Positions 38,772 to 48,250 of a stretch of 64,000 nucleotides of DNA are shown one piece after another (position 1 is the stretch's first letter; each line of letters opens with the position of its first letter). A program made the translations under genes and the position numbers. The stretch lies in NCBI GenBank assembly GCA_028284075.1, contig JANQSL010000050.1, forward strand, positions 5,384 to 69,383. Direction: 5' to 3'. This stretch comes from Candidatus Sumerlaeia bacterium (GTDB taxonomy: Bacteria > Sumerlaeota > Sumerlaeia > SLMS01 > JAHLLQ01). The notes under the pieces are model-generated. The model was not told where the DNA came from. It saw nothing but the letters and a program-made list of their open reading frames with translations, and made no database searches.

Positions 38772-39725
38772 TCAGTTCAGTGTGCGAGCGTTGCGGCCCG
38801 CCTTTTCAATGCGCACATACTTCGCAACCGCCCAGCGATCCTGCTCGGAGAGCGTTGCCTTGTAGGATTCCATCTCCCCAACGCCATCCGTCAAAATGTC
38901 GAAGATATGGCGGTCAAGCTCCGCATCGGCGGAACTTGCCACATCCGTTGAAAAAGCCGTGTTCGTCGGTCCGTGGATGATGCTCAGATTTGCAGCGGGT
39001 CCGTGACATTCCAGGCAGTGGGAAGCGTAGTGCTTTGCGCCGGTATCAAGGAGGTGGGACGTTTGCATGTCCTCGCCCGCTTCAGCTCCGGCGTTTGCTT
39101 CTTCCGTCTCCGGCGCCGTTTCCGTGCTCTCTTCACCGGCGTCGCCTGCGGCAGCGGCCTGGATGCTGCGCACATAGTGAATGATGGCCCAACGGTCAGC
39201 GGGATCGATCTTTGCCGCGTAGCCCGGCATATTTCCCTGACCCCGGGTGATCACGTGGAAGATGCGTCCGTCGGTCCACTCGTCGACAAGCTTTTCAGAA
39301 TACAATGATGGAGGCATGGGCATCCCGGCATTGGCGCGAATCACCGTTCCCATGCCGTCGCCACCGGCTGCGTGGCACGGCGTGCAAAACGTCGCGTAAT
39401 ACTTCTCGCCGGTCCTGAGAACTTCGGGCGTCGCCGGGAGCGGATTGCGCAACTCCATGGCGAGCGTGTCCGCGTCCGCGTCGACAATTGTGTAAGGCTG
39501 CCAGTCGACAGGCACGGTCCCCTCCGGTGGCGTCAGCATGATGCCGTTGGGGGAAAGCGGATTGGGCTCCTGCGCCTTGATCGCGGGCGAGAAGTGCATG
39601 TCGGGCATGTTCAGGACTTCACGGGATTCACGGCGCCCGTCGCAGCCCGCAAGGATCGCTGCGCCGCACAGCGCCGCCATAAGAGCGAATCCCTTATTTG
39701 CCAAGAACGCGGATTTCATCGGCAC
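38772..39725 (-). CDS. actE: Alternative Complex III ActE-like lipoprotein cytochrome c, here with two haem c domains
   Basis: Lipobox LAGC. Two CxxCH (CTPCH, CLECH), each followed by a similar ...MP/ME...DRWA(I/V)..YVR segment, joined by an acidic linker. Confidence 0.75.
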   Translation of the reverse strand: MPMKSAFLANKGFALMAALCGAAILAGCDGRRESREVLNMPDMHFSPAIKAQEPNPLSPNGIMLTPPEGTVPVDWQPYTIVDADADTLAMELRNPLPATPEVLRTGEKYYATFCTPCHAAGGDGMGTVIRANAGMPMPPSLYSEKLVDEWTDGRIFHVITRGQGNMPGYAAKIDPADRWAIIHYVRSIQAAAAGDAGEESTETAPETEEANAGAEAGEDMQTSHLLDTGAKHYASHCLECHGPAANLSIIHGPTNTAFSTDVASSADAELDRHIFDILTDGVGEMESYKATLSEQDRWAVAKYVRIEKAGRNARTLN

Positions 39726-40218
39726 CCATTCGCTGAACGAGGTTTGCCGCTTCCTGCTGCATCTCTTCCGTCTTTGCCGGAATGACGAGCGCGAAACGGT
39801 CGTTGGTCAGATCGTCGTCGAGAGTCTTTGCAAACGCGTTGGGAAGAAGGCGACAGGCAACGAACATACTGAGAAAGTTCGTGAGAGCGGCAATCAGGAC
39901 GCCACTCTCGAACACAATCACCATATACGCGGGCCATGCGTTGAGAGGTTTGCCGCCGATGTTGATGGGCCAGTCCAGAACATGCGTCCAGTACTGGAGC
40001 AGAAAGCCAAGGGAGGCACCGGTAATCAGCGCGCCAAGTGCAGCCTTCGGAATCCAGGAACGCTTGATCCCCATGACTTCCTCGATGCCGTGGATCGGAT
40101 ATGGCGTGTACGCGTCGAGATTTTTAAATCCCTCTTCATGGGCCTGCGCCGCGGCATGCACAAGATCGTCGGGATCGTTGAAAAAGGCAACGAGGCCTTT
40201 CTTAGGAAGCAGCGCCAT
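39694..40218 (-). CDS. actD: Alternative Complex III subunit ActD (DUF3341-like)
   Basis: LVAFFNDPDDLVHAAAQAHEEGF...DAYTPYPIHG followed by two TM helices. ATG 40218 chosen. Confidence 0.75.
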   Translation of the reverse strand: MALLPKKGLVAFFNDPDDLVHAAAQAHEEGFKNLDAYTPYPIHGIEEVMGIKRSWIPKAALGALITGASLGFLLQYWTHVLDWPINIGGKPLNAWPAYMVIVFESGVLIAALTNFLSMFVACRLLPNAFAKTLDDDLTNDRFALVIPAKTEEMQQEAANLVQRMGADEIRVLGK

Positions 40219-41755
40219 GGCCGGCGACCTCCTTTGATTCTTCGACTCGATGGCCGTTTCCGCCGGGGCCCTGGGGCCAGCGCACAACTTCGAAGTCGCG
40301 CTCCGTCCCCCCGGCGTTGGGGTTGTGCAGCACTGACTTCACTTCGGCAATGGCGAGCGTCGGCAGGACGCGGCAAAAACCGAGGAACAGTGTGAAGAAC
40401 AGGCCGAAGGACGCGACGGTTACGGCAACGTCAAAAGGTGTTGGCACAAAGTAGGACCAGTTTGACGGCAGGAAGTCGCGTTCCAACGAGAGAACGAAGA
40501 TATTGAAGCGCTCGAACCACATCCCGATGTTGACGAAAATGGAAATGATGAACATCCCAAGAAGGTTACGGCGCATCCGGCGGGACCAGAAAACCTGTGG
40601 AATGATCACGTTGCAGGTGAACATCGTCCAAAAAGCCCAGGCGTGGGGACCGGCAAGGCGATACCAGAACTGGGCCCGCTCGTACTGCGCCTCGCTGTAC
40701 CATGCCACGATGAATTCCATAATGTAGGCGTAACCCACGACCATCGACGTGAACAGGATGATTTTGTTACACAAATCGAGGTGGTTCATCGTGATGTAGT
40801 GTTCCAGCTTCAGGAACCGGCGCATGGGAACCAGCAGCGTGATCACCATGCCGAAACCGGAGAAGATGGCGCCTGCAACGAAGTAGGGCGGGAAAATCGT
40901 GGTATGCCAGCCGGGAATGAGCGACACGGCGAAGTCGAAGGACACGACCGAGTGCACCGAAAGAACGAGAGGCGTTGCCAGCCAGGCGAACTGAGCATAA
41001 ACACGCTCATAGTGAGCCCAGTCGCGAACGCTGCCCTTCCACCCCATGGCGAGTGTGCCGTAGCCGAAACGCTGAAGGTGCAGAGTGCCCTTCTGAAGCA
41101 GCAGGGGTGACTTCGCCAGGGAACGGAGCTTTTTCTTCGCGTGATCGCGTGCCGTTGCAAAGTCCGGAAGGAGGCCGGTGTACCAGAAAATGGCGGAGAC
41201 CGTCACATAGGTTGTAACGGCAAACACGTCCCACAGAAGCGGGGAACGGAAGTTAACCCACAAATACCGGTCGTTGGGATAGGGAATCAGCCAGTAGGCT
41301 TTCCATGTACGCCCAACGTGAAGGAGCGGAAAGAGACCCGCGCACTGAACAGCGAAAATCGTCATGGCTTCCGCCGAACGATTGATGGCCGTGCGCCACT
41401 TCTGCCGGAACAGGAACAGAATCGCGGAGATCAGCGTTCCGGCATGGCCGATACCGACCCAGAACACAAAGTTGGTGATGTAAACACCCCAGCCGACAGG
41501 GTTGTTGATACCGAGAATACCAAGGCCGCGATACATCTGGATCGCGATCACAACACCGCCAATTGCCAGACAGAGTTGCGCAAAGCCGAATGCCACGTGC
41601 CACAACAGCGGCGGCAGGGTGAACATGGGCCGAAGCACGTCATTGGTAACGTCCCGCATTGAATATCTGGGATCAACCAGCGGTGCGGTACCGTCCGGCG
41701 TCATGCCGCCGTGATGAGTAAGACCAGGTGTTTCGGTCGCAGTTGCCGTGCTCAC
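40202..41755 (-). CDS. actC: Alternative Complex III subunit ActC (NrfD/PsrC-like quinol-interacting membrane subunit)
   Basis: Polytopic NrfD-family pattern immediately after actB. Start overlaps the actB stop. Confidence 0.85.
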   Translation of the reverse strand: MSTATATETPGLTHHGGMTPDGTAPLVDPRYSMRDVTNDVLRPMFTLPPLLWHVAFGFAQLCLAIGGVVIAIQMYRGLGILGINNPVGWGVYITNFVFWVGIGHAGTLISAILFLFRQKWRTAINRSAEAMTIFAVQCAGLFPLLHVGRTWKAYWLIPYPNDRYLWVNFRSPLLWDVFAVTTYVTVSAIFWYTGLLPDFATARDHAKKKLRSLAKSPLLLQKGTLHLQRFGYGTLAMGWKGSVRDWAHYERVYAQFAWLATPLVLSVHSVVSFDFAVSLIPGWHTTIFPPYFVAGAIFSGFGMVITLLVPMRRFLKLEHYITMNHLDLCNKIILFTSMVVGYAYIMEFIVAWYSEAQYERAQFWYRLAGPHAWAFWTMFTCNVIIPQVFWSRRMRRNLLGMFIISIFVNIGMWFERFNIFVLSLERDFLPSNWSYFVPTPFDVAVTVASFGLFFTLFLGFCRVLPTLAIAEVKSVLHNPNAGGTERDFEVVRWPQGPGGNGHRVEESKEVAGHGAAS

Positions 41756-44700
41756 GACTTCACTCCTGTCCGGGTTCCGGGAATAAACGAGTGATGCTCG
41801 TCCTCACCGGCATGAGAATCGTGCCCTCCGCCATGGCCACTGTCATTGTGGTGCTCTCCACCGCCTTCGCCATGCCCGCCTTCTCCACCGTGATCGCCGT
41901 GATCGCCGTGGAGTCCATGTTCCTGATGCTCGAGGTAATAGGTGTTATCCACATCGTACTCGGAGGTTTCACGATTCCACACGTGAGCCAGATACATCAC
42001 GTTGGGCTTCACGTTGTACTCGGCAAGGACCCCGTAACCACGCTTGTCCTTGTTGTGCTCGCGAACCTCGTTCACCTGATGCTCGGGGTTGTTGGCATCG
42101 CCGAAGGAGATTGCACTGGCGGGACAGGTCTGCTGACAGGCGGTCTGAATCGCGCCGTCCGGAATATCCTGTCCCTTCGCTTTCGCGTCATAACGCTCAT
42201 CGCGGATGCGCTGCTGGCAGAAGGTGCACTTCTCCATGATGCCCTTGGTGCGAACGGTGATGTCCGGATTGAGGGCAAGAGCCAGCGGCGTTTCGGGGAC
42301 TTTTTCCTTTTCGTGTGGTCCCCTGCGGAAACTTGAGTACTGATAGAAATTGTAACGGCGCACCTTGTAGGGGCAGTTGTTCGCGCAATACCGGGTGCCC
42401 ACACAGCGGTTGTAGACCTGCTGATTGATGCCGTCATCGCTGTGCACCGTGGCAAGAACAGGGCAGACGGTTTCGCAGGGAGCGTTGTCGCAATGCTGAC
42501 AGAGCATGGGCTGTTTGACAACTTCCGGATTGTCAGGATCGCCTTTGTAATAACGATCAATGCGAATCCAGTGCATCTCGCGGCCGATGAGGACCTCTCG
42601 CTTGCCGACAACGGGAACGTTGTTTTCCGCCTGACAGGCCACCATGCATGCGTTGCAGCCGTTGCAGGCATTGAGGTCGATGGACATGACCCACTTGTGG
42701 CCGGTGTAGTGGAAGTCTTTCGTCTTCCACGCGTCCGGCTTTTCCTGGCCGAGATGCCAGTAAGGCACGTGGTAGTAAGGCTGGGCCGCGATGTTGCTCT
42801 TGTTGAACAGTTCAAGGCTGGTGGACTGAACGATCTGGCGTTCCGGTTCGTCCTCCTCGCGCTTTGAACCTTCGGGCCGAAGCTTCATGTAGTTGTGGCC
42901 CTGAACATCCGCCAACCGGGTGTGTCCGCCGGTTTTCTCGAAGCTGCACTCGCTGCCGGAATAAAAGACGTTTCCGTCGACGACCCTGCCGGCGGAATAC
43001 GCGTTGAAACCTTCGCCGGAGCCAACGGAACCCGCCACCTCCCGTCCCCAGCCGGCGCCGATACCGAGAACGCCTGTGTGCATGCCCGGCATGACACGAA
43101 CCGGTGCCTCGATGGTCACATCGTTGGCGGTGACAGCGATGATGTCGCCGTCTTCCAGTTTGTTCTCACGGGCGGTCTGTGGTGCCATGACAACGAAGTT
43201 GTCCCAGCACACGCGCGTGACCGGATCGGGAAGTTCCAACAGCCAGGGGTTGTTGGCATGGCGGCCGTCGTACACATTGGACATCGTGTAGGTAACCAGT
43301 TCGAGGCCCGCCACGTTTCTCGCGCTTCCACGAATGAAGTCTGTTACGGCATCGACGTTGATGTTTCTTGAGCCGGACCCTGCCGTTACCCGTGACGGAA
43401 GGTCGAGAACTCCGCTCCGCAGTGCCGAAAACCAGAAGTCCTGAAAGGAACCGGCGAAGTCACCCTTCCCGTAAACATCCCTCTCCCAGGTGTTCTTGAT
43501 GAACTCATGCCATGTCATGGCACGGTAACTGACTGTTGGTTCCTCGTCCTCGCCCAGAGCCGGCGTAACGACTTCCACTTCAAAGGCCCCGGATCCACCG
43601 GCGCGGCAAATACCCAGCAACGACTCTTCAAAGGACTTGTTATGCCAGCCCTTGAGCGGCCCCATAACAGGCTGCTGCAGAGTCAGAGTTCCCTGAACGG
43701 GCTCGTGATCGCCCCAGTTCTCCAGGTAATGCTTGCCGGGAAGTGTCATGTCGCAAAGGACTGACGTTTCGCTTTTGATCATGTCGAAGGAGACGCTGAG
43801 CCCGACATTACCCAGAGCATCGGCAAAACCGGCCGAGGTGGGAAGTGAGTAGGCAGGGTTGACGCCTTCTATCAGTAAAACGTCCACGTTGCCGGACTTC
43901 ATGTCGTCGATGAGATCGAGCATGTCCTCACTGGAGCCCTGCTGAAGATTCAGAGGACGGGAGACGTCAATCGTGACGCCTTCGTTACCCAGCATCGAGT
44001 TGATGAGGTTGACCGTGGCATGAAGCTTCGCCAGGTCTTCCGTGCGGGAGACAAGTCCGCCCGTGTAAACAAGACTCTTGCCGCGGTGACGCCAAAGGTC
44101 GTCGGCAACTTTCTTTACAGTTCCATCCGGCAGACCAAGGCTCGATTCGATGCTTGTCGGATTGGCAAGGTTCGACGGCACACCCTTGACTTCGCTGTGA
44201 CCGTCCATTGCAAGACGCGCGGCGATGGCTCTGGCAAGATCCAGCATCTCGCCGGCCTTGACTGAAAACCGGTAGTCGGCGTTCATGCCGGACTGCGTCA
44301 TCAAGGGCTCGAAGGAATAAAGACGGCCCATTGCATACTTGCCTTCGCCGACTTCATGAAGCCTGCGCTGGTCCGCCATGCCTGCCATGTCACTGATGCT
44401 GGCCACACCGTCCGCCATCGGGTCCGCGCCCAACAGGACCGTGCATTCGGACTTCTCGAAGCGATACTGCGGCTGAACGCGTTCACCGTAGCACATTTCC
44501 CGGGCATCGAGCCGTTCCGCCTCGCTCATCGCTTCAAAGGTAACGTGGCGAACCCCGGGAAAGGTCTTCTTGAACTCGTCGAGAAGCGCAGTGCGTGCAA
44601 CGCCGTGAACCGTGGGTGTGAGAAGAACGGCTTTCGACCCCGCCTTCCCGAGTGCGTCGGAAATTTCCGTCCATGCGCTGTCCCAGGCAACACTCGAACC

Positions 44701-45174
44701 GTCTTTACGAATGGAGGACGTTATGCGGTCCGGATCGTAAAGCTCAATCAGCGAGGCCTGAAGGCGGGCTGACAGCTTTCCTTTGTTCAACGGGTGCCGC
44801 GGATTGCCTTCCAGCTTGATCGGCCGGCCTTCGCGGCACTTTACAATAAAGCCATAGGCACCGAGAGATGATGCATAAAAGTCCGCCACACCGGGAACGA
44901 GTTCCTCCGGAGCGTTGACATAAGGCATGATGTTTTCAAGAGGCCTCTGACAACCGGCGGCGGCAGCCACAACGGCCGCAAAACCGCTGAGCTTCAGGAA
45001 GGTGCGACGGCGAACCTTTTTCTCCGCCGGGTTGAGACTGTCAAAATCCTCCGCATAGCCGGCAGGCTTTGTATTCCACTCCGCCGGCCCGCTGCGCGCC
45101 AGCACATCCTCCGCACCCTCGTATTCCTCGAGAGTGGACCACATGATGGGCCGATGTTTCGTGTCCAGTGCCAT
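41752..45174 (-). CDS. actB: Alternative Complex III subunit ActB (molybdopterin-oxidoreductase-like domain fused to 4Fe-4S ferredoxin domain), Tat signal, His-rich C-terminal tail
   Basis: RRRTFLKLSGFAAVVAAAAGC twin-arginine signal. Large MopB-like N-terminal part. Cys clusters CNGCNACMVAC, CQHCDNAPCETVCP, CVGTRYCANNCP and CTFCQQR. Tail is HGLHGDHGDHGGEGGHGEGGGEHH... Confidence 0.9.
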   Translation of the reverse strand: MALDTKHRPIMWSTLEEYEGAEDVLARSGPAEWNTKPAGYAEDFDSLNPAEKKVRRRTFLKLSGFAAVVAAAAGCQRPLENIMPYVNAPEELVPGVADFYASSLGAYGFIVKCREGRPIKLEGNPRHPLNKGKLSARLQASLIELYDPDRITSSIRKDGSSVAWDSAWTEISDALGKAGSKAVLLTPTVHGVARTALLDEFKKTFPGVRHVTFEAMSEAERLDAREMCYGERVQPQYRFEKSECTVLLGADPMADGVASISDMAGMADQRRLHEVGEGKYAMGRLYSFEPLMTQSGMNADYRFSVKAGEMLDLARAIAARLAMDGHSEVKGVPSNLANPTSIESSLGLPDGTVKKVADDLWRHRGKSLVYTGGLVSRTEDLAKLHATVNLINSMLGNEGVTIDVSRPLNLQQGSSEDMLDLIDDMKSGNVDVLLIEGVNPAYSLPTSAGFADALGNVGLSVSFDMIKSETSVLCDMTLPGKHYLENWGDHEPVQGTLTLQQPVMGPLKGWHNKSFEESLLGICRAGGSGAFEVEVVTPALGEDEEPTVSYRAMTWHEFIKNTWERDVYGKGDFAGSFQDFWFSALRSGVLDLPSRVTAGSGSRNINVDAVTDFIRGSARNVAGLELVTYTMSNVYDGRHANNPWLLELPDPVTRVCWDNFVVMAPQTARENKLEDGDIIAVTANDVTIEAPVRVMPGMHTGVLGIGAGWGREVAGSVGSGEGFNAYSAGRVVDGNVFYSGSECSFEKTGGHTRLADVQGHNYMKLRPEGSKREEDEPERQIVQSTSLELFNKSNIAAQPYYHVPYWHLGQEKPDAWKTKDFHYTGHKWVMSIDLNACNGCNACMVACQAENNVPVVGKREVLIGREMHWIRIDRYYKGDPDNPEVVKQPMLCQHCDNAPCETVCPVLATVHSDDGINQQVYNRCVGTRYCANNCPYKVRRYNFYQYSSFRRGPHEKEKVPETPLALALNPDITVRTKGIMEKCTFCQQRIRDERYDAKAKGQDIPDGAIQTACQQTCPASAISFGDANNPEHQVNEVREHNKDKRGYGVLAEYNVKPNVMYLAHVWNRETSEYDVDNTYYLEHQEHGLHGDHGDHGGEGGHGEGGGEHHNDSGHGGGHDSHAGEDEHHSFIPGTRTGVKS

Positions 45175-45194
45175 TCGGAGCTTCGCGTCCTTCC

Positions 45195-45971
45195 TTACTG
45201 GTGACAGGTGTTACAGTTCAACGGGGCGTTCTGCAGAGCGGCGATGGCATCCTGCGCCACACCGCGGCGACCCTGCTGACGGGACAGACTGTCGTAACCA
45301 AGTGCCTTCACGATGATGTCATGCATCTCTTCCGGCGACTTGCCGTCGATTGCGGCGGCGAGATCCGCTTCGTCCCAGATGCCACCGGTCTCTTCCATGA
45401 TGCTGACGAACTGTTCTTCCGTTTCAACAAAGGGGCCGTGCTGCTTTGCGGGGGTCTTGATGTATTCGTCGCTGCGATGGCAGGTCATGCACCATGCCAT
45501 GGTGTGATCAACGTACTGATAAACGCGCTCCATCGTTTCGACGGGACCATGGCAGGTCTGACAGGCAACGTCAGCGGCAACGTGAGCGGCATGGTTGAAG
45601 TAAACGTGATCGGGGAGACTCCAGATACGAACCCACGGAACCGACTCATTGTTTTCGTAATATTCGGTCAGCTTCTGAATTTCGGGGCGGTCGACGCGAA
45701 CAACGGAGTGACAACCCATGCAGGTATCGACGGGAGGAACAGTCGCGTGCCGGGATTTCTCGACGTTCGAATGGCAGTAAAGACAGTCAATACCCAGCTG
45801 CCCCTCTTCAAGACCGGCGTGGAGGGCATGGCTGAAAGCGATGGGCTGGGTCGGCTCATAGCCTTGATTATGCGTCAAAGTCCATGCCTTGACGGCGGCA
45901 AGGGCGACGCCCAGACCGACGATACCGAAGAGACGCCACCGGGCGAGAACCGCTTGGGCCGTGATGCTCAA
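45195..45971 (-). CDS. actA: Alternative Complex III subunit ActA, pentahaem cytochrome c
   Basis: N-terminal TM anchor and five CxxCH motifs (CLYCH, CMGCH, CQTCH, CMTCH, CNTCH). Confidence 0.85.
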   Translation of the reverse strand: MSITAQAVLARWRLFGIVGLGVALAAVKAWTLTHNQGYEPTQPIAFSHALHAGLEEGQLGIDCLYCHSNVEKSRHATVPPVDTCMGCHSVVRVDRPEIQKLTEYYENNESVPWVRIWSLPDHVYFNHAAHVAADVACQTCHGPVETMERVYQYVDHTMAWCMTCHRSDEYIKTPAKQHGPFVETEEQFVSIMEETGGIWDEADLAAAIDGKSPEEMHDIIVKALGYDSLSRQQGRRGVAQDAIAALQNAPLNCNTCHQ

Positions 45972-46057
45972 TGTCCGTACCCCCGAAACCTGGAGACCAC
46001 TGACACGAGTTCAGAGGGAGTGGCAGAACCGGCTGATTGACCTGTTGTTACAGTCTC

Positions 46058-46073
46058 TGTGAAAAAAATCACA
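46058..46073. promoter_or_regulatory. Perfect CRP-type palindrome TGTGA-N6-TCACA upstream of actA
   Basis: Sequence TGTGAAAAAAATCACA, 87 nt upstream of the actA start, in the 415-bp divergent intergenic region shared with the MFS gene. Confidence 0.5.
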
Positions 46074-46385
46074 AAGTGAGGTGAAAGTTTAGACATGACT
46101 CTTCCGCGGAAATCCATGTGCGCCAGACGCGGCGGAGTGTTCGGAGCCCCTGTCTCTAGCGCAAGGACTTTTCGCACGGTCAGCTCCTCCGAGCGAAAAT
46201 GAATTTTTGGAGTTTTCCAAGTCGTTTATTAACAATGATTCGCTTTTTGGAATTGGGCCTTCGCCGGTCCGAATTCACCTCAGGAATTTCCGGACGACAG
46301 GGAAATATTCTCCTCGGTTTTTCCAATCGCCGCCATCCGTTATCCCGCCATAAACTTCTCTGACCGTCGTATCCGGTCCCCCGCC

Positions 46386-47831
46386 ATGTCGCTCGCCGCA
46401 GCACGATTTGCCCGAAAACACGGTCTCCCGCCGGAGACTCGCTGGCTGCTGGCATTCCAGTCCTGCAACGCTGTCAATTTCACCATCGCTCTGGGCGCAC
46501 CCATGGTGCTGACCGCCCGTTTTCTGGGTGCAACGGAGTGGCAGGTCGGCCTGCTGACGGGGCTGGCGCCTTTTCTGGCGGGCCTGCAGCTCTTCATGAC
46601 AAACGCGGTCGATCGCCTTGGCTATCGGCGAATCATGGTTCTGGGGTGGACCAGCCGTGCCTTCATGCTGCTGCCCATTATTCCACTGACCCTGTTCGCG
46701 GGACGGCTCCCCCAGCACCTCGTCGTCTGGGGCCTTGTCATACCCATGTTTCTGTTCGCCGTGATCCGTGGAATGGTGGCGGGAGCATGGCTGCCGTGGC
46801 TGAGAACCCTGCTGCCGGAGGACCAGCGGGGTTATTTCCTGGGTCTTGAACAGCGAACCATCAATCTCTCGGCCTTTGCAGCCATGATCGTCAGCGGCTT
46901 GATCCTCGGCGCGGAGCCGGCCCCGTGGCGCTATGCCGTGTTGTTCGCAATCGCCTGGGGAGCGGGTCTGGCAAGCGCGTGGTTCCTCTCCAAAATGCCG
47001 AACCTCAGACCGTCTGAGCGAAAAGCCGGTTCGCGGCGCGGACTGCGGGATCTGGCAAAGGCGGCAAGATACGCCTTCGAGTACCAGCCATTCCGGCGGG
47101 CCGCTCGTTTCGTTATCGTTTATTCCTTCGCCATCGCTGCCGTGCCGGCGTTTCTCGTCCTTTTCCTCAACGAAGACCTGGGATGGTCGAAACGCGAGGT
47201 TCTGACACTCCAGGCAATGAGCCCCATCGGCATTCTCTTCACGGCCGTTTGGTTTGGCCGTGTCGCGGACCGCGCCGGCAGCCGCCCCGTCCTGCGAATG
47301 GCCGGTGCGGGACAGCTCGGATGCATCGCTTACTGGATACTCTGCGCGTCCCATCAGTTTACACCGGGCTATCCCGACATGGCGGCGGCATGGCTGATTT
47401 GGGGAATCTCCACGGCGGGCCTTGCCATTTCACAAACACGGCTGATCCTCGCCAGCAGCCCGAAACACGACGTCACGGCAACGATGGCGATTCTCCAGGT
47501 CACACTGGCAGTGACCGCGGGATCGTCTCCCGTGCTTGCGGGCAAACTACTGGACGTGTTGCGGGCGATGGAACCGGAGCCGCTGCCCGCGGGGTCGGCC
47601 TTTGCAATCACCTTCGGTGCCGCGCTGCTGCTGGGACTCCTGGCGCAGGTTCTTCTGAACAGTGTGAGGGAGAAGCGCACAATGCCCGCCCATGTCATTA
47701 TCGTGGAAGCCCTCTACGGCTGGCCGATGCGGGTGGTGTCGGGATTCGCCTGGGGCGCGAAGGGGGTGAAACGGCGGCTCTCGAGAAGCCGGGAGGTGCG
47801 CCTTCCGGGTCGTGAAGGCGATGAACAGTGA
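46386..47831 (+). CDS. MFS transporter
   Basis: About 12 hydrophobic helices and an MFS-like loop motif (DRLGYRR) between TM2 and TM3. Confidence 0.75.
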   Translation: MSLAAARFARKHGLPPETRWLLAFQSCNAVNFTIALGAPMVLTARFLGATEWQVGLLTGLAPFLAGLQLFMTNAVDRLGYRRIMVLGWTSRAFMLLPIIPLTLFAGRLPQHLVVWGLVIPMFLFAVIRGMVAGAWLPWLRTLLPEDQRGYFLGLEQRTINLSAFAAMIVSGLILGAEPAPWRYAVLFAIAWGAGLASAWFLSKMPNLRPSERKAGSRRGLRDLAKAARYAFEYQPFRRAARFVIVYSFAIAAVPAFLVLFLNEDLGWSKREVLTLQAMSPIGILFTAVWFGRVADRAGSRPVLRMAGAGQLGCIAYWILCASHQFTPGYPDMAAAWLIWGISTAGLAISQTRLILASSPKHDVTATMAILQVTLAVTAGSSPVLAGKLLDVLRAMEPEPLPAGSAFAITFGAALLLGLLAQVLLNSVREKRTMPAHVIIVEALYGWPMRVVSGFAWGAKGVKRRLSRSREVRLPGREGDEQ

Positions 47832-47960
47832 CCGTTGCATGTGCATACTGTGGCCAGCCTGGACAAATCAGCCCCCCTCGCGTTCACGCTCAAAGGCAAA
47901 GGCGCGGAGACGCAAGAATTCGCCGAGACATGCTCTTGCAGTGACTCTGCCACCTTGGTG

Positions 47961-48047
47961 GTCATTCTGCCGTCTCCAGAATTTCATCCGAGTCTGTGGA
48001 TTAACTCGTCATTACCGGTAAAGACGGTAGAGACGGTAGAGAAAACG
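47961..48047 (+). repeat. Intergenic repeat copy A (contains 2 x GACGGTAGA tandem unit)
   Basis: Aligns without gaps to 48771..48857 at a constant offset of 810 bp. Blocks ATTACCGGTA and AGACGGTAGA are identical. Confidence 0.7.
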
Positions 48048-48250
48048 TCCGGGAATCCGGATTTCTCCGAATTAAAAGCCTCCTTCCGGCTCTCTCTTTA
48101 TCAGGAAAAAAGTCGGTCTCTCCGGCCCGGGCCGATCTCCTGTGTCGACCTCATCCACACCCGGCATCTTGTCGTTTCCGTTGTCACACGTACGGTGAGA
48201 TGGCTGGTTTGCTTCCGTGGTGCCTCGCCGGACTCAACAGGGGACGTTTC

